Source: Mobula hypostoma (taxonomy: Eukaryota). From it: a stretch of 64,000 nucleotides of DNA. The translations under genes were made by a program, and so were the position numbers. The notes under the pieces are model-generated. The model was not told where the DNA came from, made no database searches, and saw only the letters and a list, made by a program, of their open reading frames with translations. This document shows, one piece after another, positions 11,881-21,720 of this stretch (position 1 is the stretch's first letter; each line of letters begins with the position of its first letter). The stretch lies in the NCBI RefSeq assembly GCF_963921235.1, contig NC_086097.1, forward strand, positions 40,178,001 through 40,242,000, given 5' to 3'.

Positions 11881-14800
11881 TGGTTACATTATGATGATGT
11901 TCCAAACTTCTGTCTCTAGAGAATCTCTGTTAGAGTTAGCTTCCTCTACTCCTTTGCAATGTTAAAGATTAGTGTCCTTTCTGACCGGGCAATAAAGTCA
12001 TGCAGAAGGATCAGACTGTAAGCTAGGGGTTTCCTAAGACCAGTGAAGAAGTCTTTTTTGGAGTTATCGTTAACTTCTAGGGCTGATAGTGATGTGCCAT
12101 TGTCTGTAGGGAGTTGGTTCCATGTTAGAGTGAGCCAGAGGGCTGTGAGATATTCTCCCTGAGTAGGAACAATTCCATTCCACCACCTGTCCCAGATTCC
12201 CCAATAGTTCTTATATTTGAAAGTTTTTTTAATAGATTCTGCTTCCATTATTTCAGACGATGGATGATTTAGCATAATTTAAAGAAAAAAATCAACATTC
12301 CGATTTGCTTTTGGGGAAGACAAAGATCAAAAAGTAGACTGTGAGGTATCCACCTACATGTCCTCCTCAGGTTCCTGTGAGCTGTTTGTAACTGGAACAG
12401 TTCGTAAGTTGGAAATGTGGCCATGAACCATGTTTCAATGCATGTGAATTGACTACTGACCCACAGCAGCCAGCAAAGTCTCCCAAACGCTCCTTCATAT
12501 GTGTGGGCTGTATGTAATTTGACTACTTGTACCCTGAGGAGGACCTATAGCCTATCCCACAGGGGCCTGCTACGTGTACCAATGTTCCAATTAGGTAATA
12601 CTGGCAAAGTTTGTTGCAAAACATAATTCATAGTGAATGCACTATAATTCAGAACTAACAATGGAATGTCCTGTCACCTCACAGAAGAGAAGTAGAATTA
12701 ATACCAGGTAGACACGTTCAGTTGATGCACTTGGTTGAATGGTCATTTATTTCAAAAACTAAGTTCTGTGTGATAAGATAACAGGAGTATAGAATTCTAT
12801 TCATCTTGCCAAGTGGACTGCAGATAGGTTTATGTTTGCTTGACAGTTAGGAATTCAACTTGCTAACTGAGATATAGATGAGGTAAATGTTTACCTTCCA
12901 ATTTCTTTTTGTGTGGAATTGCTTTTAACTTTTTTGGTGTAATTACAAGTGGAATAGATGCTGCTGGTTAGATGTGGCCTGTGATTTGAGTTGATAAAGA
13001 TGAGTTCAGAGTAGCAACTTACTCTGAACTTCCAGATCGGCACAATTTTGTCCAGTTTTTCTTTGAATCCTTGACTTACCAGTGTTTAAAAATCACAAAG
13101 CTTTAGAACGGTAGACACCTGCATGTCTGAAATAAAAATGAAAAATATCTAACAATTATTCACCTACTGAGCGTTTCCAGTATTTTGTATAAAAATACAA
13201 ATACAGAAGTCTGAAAGGACAATGCTGTGAATTGTAAAACAAATTGGAAATAGATAGTTGGATAAATTGAGTAAGAAATAAGGCCAATGCCATATAGCAC
13301 ACCTGTACAAAAATACTCCTTTGTCCTGTTAAAACCTCGAGTTAACTGTCCAGAATTTTGGCTCCTGAGAATGATCTACTGCACACCATTTTAAACATCA
13401 GCCTCACTGTTCAGCAGACATACTCAGTTTCAAAATCACATTACCTGTCAAGTTATCCTGGAGCCAACAAACCCAAGAAGAATTCTCCTCCTGCAGTAAA
13501 TTCTTTCTTTTCAAAGTTACTGGACAGCTGTCCATTTTGCTGTTGTTTATCACCCTAGAACTGAGTGGCTTGCAGAGACCTTCAAAGAACTGGAGGCAAT
13601 TTGGCCAGACCAGTGAAAAGCTACAAATTACTTCTCACATGTTGACCGCAGTGGATTGTTGAATAATGATCTGATCATTTCATAGTCACTAACACTGACT
13701 GTAGTTTTCAAATTCCATATTACATATTAAAGTGAATTTAAATTCTCCAATTTCAATGATGGAATTTGAATTCACTTACAGTACTGTATCTATGTTTTTA
13801 GAGCATGCCTCAGCAAAGTGAATCTATAACTCAATAATTATGCTAAATAGCCTCTCATACTTGGGGACTCTAAGCAAATCAGAGCACCATGAACTTCCTA
13901 GAATGGAAGTGATCCAAGTTACTGAAGGCAGCTTGGAAACTGGATAATAAGAAAGAGGCAGAGCAGTTGGATGGCAAGAGCTTAGATAGAATTGCTTTCA
14001 TTAAAAGGTCTGTTGACATTTACCGCTACTGCAGGCTGTTGCAAATAGCTCAGCAAGAAGGAAATAATCTATCCATATGGCAGTCAACCATATCATGAAA
14101 TTGCTTAGACATGATTTTCCAAAAGAATCAAATTATTAAGGCCGTAACTTTATTTACTAATTCAAAATATCAGCCAAGCTTAAAATAATAGCTCCTTTAG
14201 AGAATGTATTTACCATTGTCCACATCTATTAAGGTGGATAACCTTTCTAATTATTATTAATCTTAGTTCCCAGAATTAAACTGTCATCTCAGGCCAATTT
14301 CCATGTTCAGATAACTACCTTGATTGTGTATTTCCTGATTAATGGAGAGTATTGCTTTGAAAACTTTTAGCAGCAGGTGCCTTAACAAGTGATGGTTATC
14401 AGATACCTCGTGGATAGTTAGTTTGCCTTTAAGCTTTGTAGTAGCATTGATCTGAAGCAAAAACACTGCACTGAGACACTGCAGTTCTGGAGATGATGCA
14501 GCCTGAACTGGTAGCCAGAATCTGGTTTAATATCATTGGCATAAGTTGTGAAATTTGTTATTTTGTGGCAGCAGTGCACTGCAATACATATTAATAAAAA
14601 AACTATGAATTGTAGTAAGATTTATATACTATTTATTTAATTAACTTAATAAATAGTGCGAAAAGAAAGCAAAACATATATAGTGAGGTAGTGTTCATGG
14701 GTTCACTGTCCATTCAGAAATGTGATGGTGGAGGGGAAGAAGCTGTTCCTGAAATGCTGATTCTGTGTCTTCAGGCTCCTCTGCCTCCTCCTTGGTGAGA

Positions 14801-15247
14801 AGAGGGTGATGGAGTCCTGAATGATGGAGGCCGCCTTTCTGAGGCATCACCTTTTGAAGGTGTCCTTGATGCAGTGGAGGTCAGTGCCCATGATGGAATT
14901 GGCCGAGTTTACAACTTCATGCAGCTTTTTCCGATCTTGTGCAGTGGCCCCTCCGTAGCAGGCAGCAATGCAACCAGTTAGAATGCTTTCCATGGTACAT
15001 CTGCGGAAATTTGTGAGTGTCTTTGGTTGCATACAAAATCTCCTCAAACTCCTAATCAAATATAGCCGCCATTGTGCCTTCTTTGTCATTGCATCAATAT
15101 GTTAGCCTGGGTTGGATTTTCAGCGATATTGACACCCAGGAACTTGAAACTGCTCACTCTTTCCACTCATGATCCCTCGATGAGGGCTGGTGTGTGTTCC
15201 CTCACCTTCCCCATCCTAAAGTCCACAATCAATTCCATTGTCTTACA

Positions 15248-15938
15248 AACACTGACTGACGCACACTAACACGCGCCCCCCTCCCTCGGTAGAGATCCAA
15301 TTGATGACTCTATCTCCCTCCTCCCGGGCTTCACTATGGCCACCAAAAAAAACTGGACAGCCCCGAATAGACTCTGAAGTCGACGTGCTAAAACAGCGCA
15401 AACACTACACTGATGGGGTCCCCAACAAACCCCTGCTTGCTCCTGTGCTGTCCCAACCCAGGATGTCCTTCACCTAGTCCAAGCGTGCTCTTTCACCAAG
15501 ATCAGAAACATAGAAAGATAGAAAATAGGTGCAGGAGTAGGCCATTCGGCCCTTCGAGCCTGCACCGCCATTTATTATGATCATGGCTGATCATCCAACT
15601 CAGAACCCTGTACCAGCCTTCCCTCCATACCCCCTGATCCCTTTAACCACAAGGGCCATATCTAACTCCCTCTTAAATATAACCAACGAACTGGCCTCAA
15701 CTGTTTCCTGTGGCAGAGAATTCCACAGATTCACCACTCTCTGTGTGAAGAAGTTTTTCCTCATCTCGATCCTAAAAGGCTTCCCCTTTATCCTCAAACT
15801 GTGACCCCTCGTTCTGGACTTCCCCAACATCAGAGTCGGCTTTGCCGCGGTCCATCGATGTGGTCACAAACTACAGCAGTGGCTTGATAAAAACCAATAA
15901 GAAGTGTGGAGAAAAACACCTGCCTTATAAAACAACAA
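15248..15938. other. Unclassified CpG-rich insertion (~370 bp net) within Rex1, itself split by a CR1
   Basis: Rex1 sequence GTCTTAC/TGACGTTGAG is interrupted by sequence matching nothing else in the window. Confidence 0.6.
15507..15828 (-). mobile_element. Young 5'-truncated CR1 with 6-bp TSD
   Basis: Open C-terminal frame SRTRGHSLRIKGKPFRIEMRKNFFTQRVVNLWNSLP; ATCAGA at 15501-15506 and 15829-15834; TTTCTATG-type tail. Confidence 0.93.
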
Positions 15939-16119
15939 ACTGACGTTGAGTGTGTTTGCTGTGACACCACTAAACAAGTTGAGCTATCTCACTCCTGTAC
16001 TCCTCCTCATCACCATCTGAAACTCTGCCAAATATAATTCTGTCACTGGAAAATTTATAGATGGTGGTTGAGCTGTGCCGAGCCACGCACTCATGGGTGT
16101 AGTGAGAATAGAGTATTGG

Positions 16120-16626
16120 TGTATTGGTGATGGTAAAGATGAAGCCACACTCAGGTTGGAGGAACAACACCTTATATTCTGTCTGGGTAGCCTCCAACCT
16201 GATGGCATGAACATCGACTTCTCCAACTTCCGCTAAGGCCCCACCTCCCCCTCGTACCCCATCTGTTACTCATTATTATGCACACATTCTTTCTCTCACT
16301 CTCCTTTTTCTCCCTCTGTCCCCCTGAATATACCTCTTGCCCATCCTCTGGGTCACCCCCCCCCCGTCTTTCTTCCCGGACCTCCTGTCCCATGATCCTC
16401 TCGTATCCCCTTCTGCCTATCACCTGTCCAGCTCTCGGCTCTATCCCTCCCCCTCCTGTCTTCTCCTATCATTTTGGATCTCCCCCTCCCCCTCCAGCTT
16501 TCAAATCCCTTACTCACTCTTCCTTCAGTTAGTCCTGACGAAGGGTCTCGGCCTGAAACGTCGACTGCGCCTCTTCCTATAGATGCTGCTTGGCCTGCTG
16601 CGTTCACCAGCAACTTTGATGTATGT
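16120..16626 (+). mobile_element. Penelope-like element 3' fragment with TSD
   Basis: Encodes KDEATLRLEEQHLIFCLGSLQPDGMNIDFSNFR* (C-terminus of the GIY-YIG endonuclease), a pyrimidine-rich UTR and a hammerhead motif; TSD TGAGAATAGAGTA(T/A)TGG at 16103-16119 and 16627-16643. Confidence 0.9.
16526..16567 (+). ncRNA. Minimal type I hammerhead ribozyme motif
   Basis: AGTC-CTGACGA-A-GGGT(CTCG)GCCT-GAAA-CG-TC-GACT: complete core, stem I AGTC/GACT, stem II, palindromic ACGT stem III; predicted cleavage after C16562. Confidence 0.82.
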
Positions 16627-18229
16627 TGAGAATAGAGTAATGGGTTAAGCGCACATGCTTGAGGTGTGTCAGTATTGATTGTCAATGATGAGATATTATT
16701 TCCAATCCACCCTGACTGTGATCTACCAGTGAGGAGTCAAGGATCCCATTGCAGGGGGAGGTACAAAGGCCCAGATTTTGGAGCTTGTGGATTAGAACCG
16801 AGGGCATAATTGTGTTGAATGCTGAGCTGTAAGCAATAAACAGCAGCCTGATGTGAGAGTTGTTATTATCATGGTGATCTAAGAGCAGTTAGAGAGGCAG
16901 AGAGATTTGCATCCACCGTAGGCCTATTGTGGTAATGGGCAAATTGCAGTGGCTCCAGGTCCCTGCTTAGTCAGGAGTTTATTATGGCCATGACTAGGCT
17001 CTCAAAGCATTTCATCGCAGTAGATGTGAGTGCAACTGGGTGATAGTCATTGAGCCATCTCACCCTGCTCTTCTTGGGCACTGGTATGACTGTCACCCTT
17101 TTGAAGCAGGTCGGAATCTCCGACAGCAGTGACAGATTGAAGACGTCGTTGAACACTCCTGCCTGTTTGTTGACACAGGTTTTCAGTGCCTTACCAAGTA
17201 CACCATCAGGGTCTGATACCCTGCAAAGGTTCACTTTCTTGAAAGATGTTCAGATGTCGGCCTCTGAGACAGAGATCACAGGGTCATCAGATGCTGGAGG
17301 GATTTGCACAGGTGTAGTTCTATTCTCTCTTTCAAACTGTGCATAAAGATCTTTGAGCTCATCTGGGAGTGAAGCATCACAGCCATTCATAATGTTAGGT
17401 TTTGATCTGTAGGAAGTAGTGGCCTGCAAACTCTGCCAGAGTTGACTGACATGCATCCAATTCCATCTCTAACTTCTTTTACTCTTAAAATAGCCTTCTG
17501 TAATCCTGATCCAGGCCCTCACCACAGCAAGTACAAGAAAAATACTCTGACAGGAGAGAATCATATTCCCCTTCAGTACGGAGTCATTTCATCCCTGACC
17601 TCTCTAACTTATACATTTTATGTTACATCATAGAACATAGAATAGTACAGCACAGTACAGGCCCTTTGGCCCACAATGTTGTGCCGACCCTCAAACCCTG
17701 CCTCCCATATAACCCCCCACCTTAAATTCCTCCGTATTAGTCTCTTAAACTTCACGAGTGTATCTGCCTTCACCACTGACTCAGGCAGTGTATTCCACGC
17801 CCCAACCACTCTCTGAGTAAAAAACCTTCCTCTAATATCCCCCTTGAACTTATCACCCCTTACCTTAAAGCCATGTCCTCTTGTATTGAGCAGTGGTGCC
17901 TGGGGAAGAGGTGCTGGCTATCCACTCTATCTATTCCTCTTAATATCTTGTATACCTCTATCATGTCTCCTCTCATCCTCCTTCTCTCCAAGGAGTAAAG
18001 CCCTGGCTCCCTTAATCTCTGATCATAATTCATACTCTCTAAACCAGGCAGCATCCTGGTGAATCTCCTCTGTACTCTCTCCAATGCTTCCACATCCTTC
18101 CTATAGTGAGGTGACCAGAACTGGTCACAGTACTCCAAGTGTGGCCTAACCAGAGTTTTATAGAGCTGCCACACACATAGAAGTTGCTGGTGTACGCAGC
18201 AGGCCAGGCAGCATCTCTATGAAGAGGTA

Positions 18230-18271
18230 CAGTTGATGTTTCGGGCCGAGACCCTTCGTCAGGACTAACTG
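18230..18271 (-). ncRNA. Hammerhead motif, partly decayed (inverted arm)
   Basis: Minus strand CAGTTAGTC-CTGACGA-AGGGTCTCGGCCC-GAAA-CATC-AACTG; two G>A changes break the ACGT palindrome and the first pair of stem I. Confidence 0.65.
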
Positions 18272-18380
18272 AAAGAAGAGCTAGTAATCCTATGGCCATC
18301 CCTCCCCCTCCTGTCTTCTCTTATCATTTCAGATCTCCCCCTCCCCCTCCCACTTTCAAATCTCTTACTAACTCTTCTTT

Positions 18381-18422
18381 CAGTTAGTCCTGACGAAGGG
18401 TCTCGGCCCGAAACGTCGACTG
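18381..18422 (+). ncRNA. Minimal type I hammerhead ribozyme motif, intact
   Basis: CAGTTAGTC-CTGACGA(18390-18396)-A-GGGT(CTCG)GCCC-GAAA(18410-18413)-CG-TC-GACTG; predicted cleavage after C18417. Confidence 0.85.
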
Positions 18423-18771
18423 TACCTCTTCCTATAGATGCTGCCTGGCCTGCTGCATTGACCAGCAACTTTTATGTGTGTTGCTTGAAATTCCAGCGTC
18501 TGCAGATTTCCTCGTGTTTGCGTTTTATAGAGCTGCATCATGATCTCGTGACTCTTAAACTCTAAACCGCGACTTATGAAAGCTAACACCCCATAAGCTT
18601 TCTTAACTACTCTATCTACCTGTGAGGCAACTTTCAGGGATCTGTGGAAATGTCCCCCCAGATCCCTCTGCTCCTCCACACTATATCGTCTCTTACCCCA
18701 TGTGAGCTCTGCTCCTAGCAGAACCTTCTTTGAGATCGGAAAGTGGAAATTTATAGATAACAACTGTAATT

Positions 18772-18885
18772 GAAAAGCAAAATGCTGCAGACGCCAGAAA
18801 TCTGAAATGGAACAGAAAACAGTGGAACTGTTGAGCAAGTCATGGAGTGTTATGGACAGAGATTCAGGGCTTTGTTTCAGGTTCC
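18772..18885 (-). mobile_element. Old Penelope-like terminal remnant
   Basis: AAAATGCTGCAGACGCCAGAAATCTGAAAT...GTTTCAGGT resembles the reverse complement of the PLE terminus. Confidence 0.5.
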
Positions 18886-19073
18886 TGCAACACACTGACT
18901 TCACATCGACCTGTAGGCATCTGTTATTACACTAATCCTATCCAAGTACACTTCATTTTCTCCACAAACCAAGCAACTTCTTCTCATCCTCCCAATTCTA
19001 CTCTCTCCTGCACTCTAGAGGCACGATGAAGCTATCTGGTTAACAGATTAATGAGGATAGTTTGCGCGTGTGT

Positions 19074-19091
19074 GAGAGAGAGAGAGAGAGA
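19074..19091 (+). repeat. (GA)9 microsatellite preceded by a short (GT)n
   Basis: Direct reading. Confidence 0.9.
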
Positions 19092-19983
19092 TATAAAGAA
19101 AAGTAAAAAAAAAACTGAAAGGCAGCTATAGGAAGGCTAAAAGGCTTTTTAAGAGAACGTTTACAGCTCTGATCCTGGCCTCTGGGTCTTCAGCCCGGTG
19201 ATATTTTGCAGTGATAAGATGTGGGTTAATTGATAAAACCTGGTGCATTCCAGGCCTGCTGCCTGCTGTTTTCCAGCGCTCATTTGGAATCTGCCTATGA
19301 TTATAAGAATCACTAACTTTGTTGAAGGGGCTTGTTCTTGGCTCAAAGAGGACCTGATCAGAAATGTAAAGCCATCTCTGCCGAGCAGCTTGCCTCATAA
19401 ATAAAATAGCAGAATAGATCAGTCATTGGAGATCCGTTCTGGATGTTTTAGGGGAATGTAGTGTACAGGAGGAAGCTTTGTGCTGGTAAACTTTGTGGTG
19501 TTAGCCATATTTATCAGACTGCTTGCCCAATTATTTGTTTTTTGCTTTATTTCATAACAATCAGTGAAGAAGCAACACAACATGCTTTCTTTCAGTTAGG
19601 AACACTTGCTGAGAGAGAAATAGGGTTAATGCTTTAGGTCTCAAAGAGCCTTCATCAGAGCTGGTCAAGAATTAAAAAAAAGCAGCAAATAGGCTTCAAG
19701 TTAAATAGAGTTAACGTTTCCAATTGCTGATCTTTCATCATTATAGTCTTTCCATTTCATCAGAATTGTTATTAATAATAACCTTTGTGTGACAGGAAAC
19801 TATATGATGGTATCTGCTCTTGCTGGCAGAGGACATGAGTGAGAGTGTGAGTTCTCTGGCTCTCTCAGTATATATTTCAAAGAAGAGCCATAGAATCTCT
19901 TACAAAATGTTGCAAATGGCATTTGTGAACTTTTTCCAATGTATCCTGGGGTCTTGGAAATTCACTCTCTGAGATTTTGAATC

Positions 19984-20325
19984 TGCTATAAGATGATGAG
20001 AGGCATTGATCATGTGGATAGTCAGAGGCTTTTTCCAGGGCTGAAATGGCTAACACGAGAAGGCATAGTTTTAAGGTGCTTGGAAGCAGGAGATGTCAGG
20101 GGTAAGTTTTTTTTACGCAGAGTGGTGCGTGTGTACAATGGACTGCCGGCGATGCTGAAGGAGGCGGACACAATAGGGTCTTTTAAGAGACTCCTGGATA
20201 GGTACATGGAGCTTAGAAAAATAGAGGGCTACGGGTAACCCTAAGTAATTTCTAAAGTAAGTACATGTCTGGCAGACATTGTGGGCCGAAGGGCTTGTAC
20301 TGTGCTGTAGGTTTTCTGTGTTTCT
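19984..20325 (+). mobile_element. CR1 3' fragment
   Basis: MMRGIDHVDSQRLFP...GSFKRLLDRYME; very similar to 53480-53830. Confidence 0.92.
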
Positions 20326-20519
20326 TTGCTACTTAGAGGGCAATGACAGCATTTTATCACTGGCCCTTTATTTGCACTGAACAACTGGTGTTGAGCAAAG
20401 ATGTACATCACTCAGTGGACAGAGGCTATTTGTACGTCCCTGGAGCTGCTCGATATCCCAGGGCTTTCAATGCCATTCTTCTGTTTCAAGCACAATATAT
20501 TTTCTCCACACCATATATA

Positions 20520-20712
20520 GAGTTCTGGAGACCTACAGCATAGAGCTAAGCCCTTCAACCCAACTGGTCCATGCTGACAACAGCATCCTCCCGACTACTC
20601 TCAGTTACCTTTGTATGGCGCATAATCCTTGAAGACCTTCCCCTCCACGTACCTATCCAAATGCCTTTAAAATGTTACAATAGTACTCACCTCAACCACT
20701 AGCAGTTCATCA
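20520..20712 (-). mobile_element. Old CR1 3' end
   Basis: ACAGCATAGAGCTAAGCCCTTCAACCCAAC...ACCTATCCAAATGCCTTTAAAATGTT resembles 28180-28370. Confidence 0.65.
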
Positions 20713-20984
20713 GGCACACTGCTTCTGGAGGCCTCTCTCAGGCAGACCTCCAAAGTAAAACATCATTGTTGTAAAGTGCTAGGCCTTCTCCATTGTACGT
20801 TGAGCAGTTTTCAACCCAAGGTGCTCCTTTAAGTGTCACGTGTATTTAAAACTATATCAATGTCAGTAAAACTGTATGTTTTCCCTGGTAAAATTAAAAC
20901 TGCACAAAGACAGGCTGGTCTATCTAACGTTATAGAACTGGCTGGAGATATAAGCCTAACCTATAAGTGTTTTGAATGTGAGAG

Positions 20985-21100
20985 GTGTATAGGTTATGGT
21001 TAGTAAGTTGTTGGCATGCTATGGTGATACTTGCCCCCAGCATATTTTTGTCTGTATTGGTCGTTTTCGCAGTTGTCACATTTCTCTGTATGTTTCTAAT
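20985..21100 (+). mobile_element. SINE 3' half (same tail type as 62540-62832)
   Basis: GGTTAGTAAGTTGTTGG...CATTTCTCTGTATGTTT matches 62703-62805. Confidence 0.6.
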
Positions 21101-21720
21101 ATGCGCCTGCGTGTGTGCAGCCCTCCGGTGAAAAATGATATCGTATCTGTTAAATAGGGGCCGTGGACAATTCTGATTTGATGGAGAATGGACGGGAAAG
21201 CACAGAGGAACATCTGGAGAAATTTCAGAAACGTCCGATCGCTGCTGTCATTACTGTGTGGTCGGGAATCTTTCGGAGGGTAGGCCTCAAAATCCCCGGC
21301 CTTGCCTGCTTTTGGCGACCGAGAAGGAGGTCGAATCGTTCGGACAGAGATGGCGCTCAGTACTCGGTGTCGGAGAGCTGATCAGAGCTCAAAGTTTTCG
21401 GATGACTCAGAGTCGGATCGTGGTCGGCATGGCAGGGAGAGTTTTTCTTCCTTCTCCCGTCTGCGTGAGATGTGGGACATTTGAGAAACCTTGAACTTTA
21501 CTGTGCTCATGGACTTCTTCATCAAGTTATGGTATTGTGGACTGTTGTAACTATATGTTATAATTATGTAATTATGTGGTTTTGTCAGTTTTTTCAGTCT
21601 TGGTCTGTCCTGTGTTTTGTGATATCACACCAGAGGAAATAATGTATCATTTCTTAATGCATGCATTACTAAATGACAATAAAAGAGGACTACGTGTCTT
21701 CATAATCTAAAAAAAAATCT
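21101..21720 (+). mobile_element. Non-autonomous retroposon, family X copy A (slightly 5'-truncated)
   Basis: Collinear with 25655-26319 and 35951-36630; ends AAATGACAATAAAAGAGGACTACGTGTCTTCATAATCT plus an A-rich tail. Confidence 0.88.

Larger units (their letters stand above)
14517..17460 (-). mobile_element. 5'-truncated Rex1/Babar LINE hosting three nested insertions
   Basis: RT fragments PDGVLGKALKTC...IPVPKKS...LNDYHPVALTSTAMKCFE (16971-17234) and KKAQWRLYLIRSLRRF...ESILTGCI (14847-15089), homologous to the element at 57561-59174. Confidence 0.92.
18170..18521. mobile_element. Penelope-like terminal repeat inserted as an inverted pair, 15-bp TSD
   Basis: Arms 18170-18287 and ~18365-18482 are reverse complements; perfect TSD GTTTTATAGAGCTGC at 18155-18169 and 18522-18536; same family as 16120-16626. 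Confidence 0.93.
17628..18683 (-). mobile_element. 5'-truncated CR1, interrupted by a Penelope-like insertion
   Basis: LYKTLVRPHLEYCDQFWSPHYRKDVEALERVQRRFTRMLPGL (17860-18174) and EQRDLG...KKAYGVLAFISRG; TTCTATGT-type tail at the left end. Confidence 0.93.

Noticed and set aside
12360..12410. 33-nt micro-exon candidate (CTCAG...TTC/GTAAGT)
   Set aside because: Short pyrimidine tract and unrecognised peptide; such pairs arise by chance in 64 kb.
13600..13830. Possible old SINE relic
   Set aside because: Only faint similarity to a recalled shark repeat; too decayed to call.
18380..18904. 174-aa minus-strand ORF as a novel gene
   Set aside because: A chance read-through of PLE relic, CR1 RT and PLE terminus sequence.
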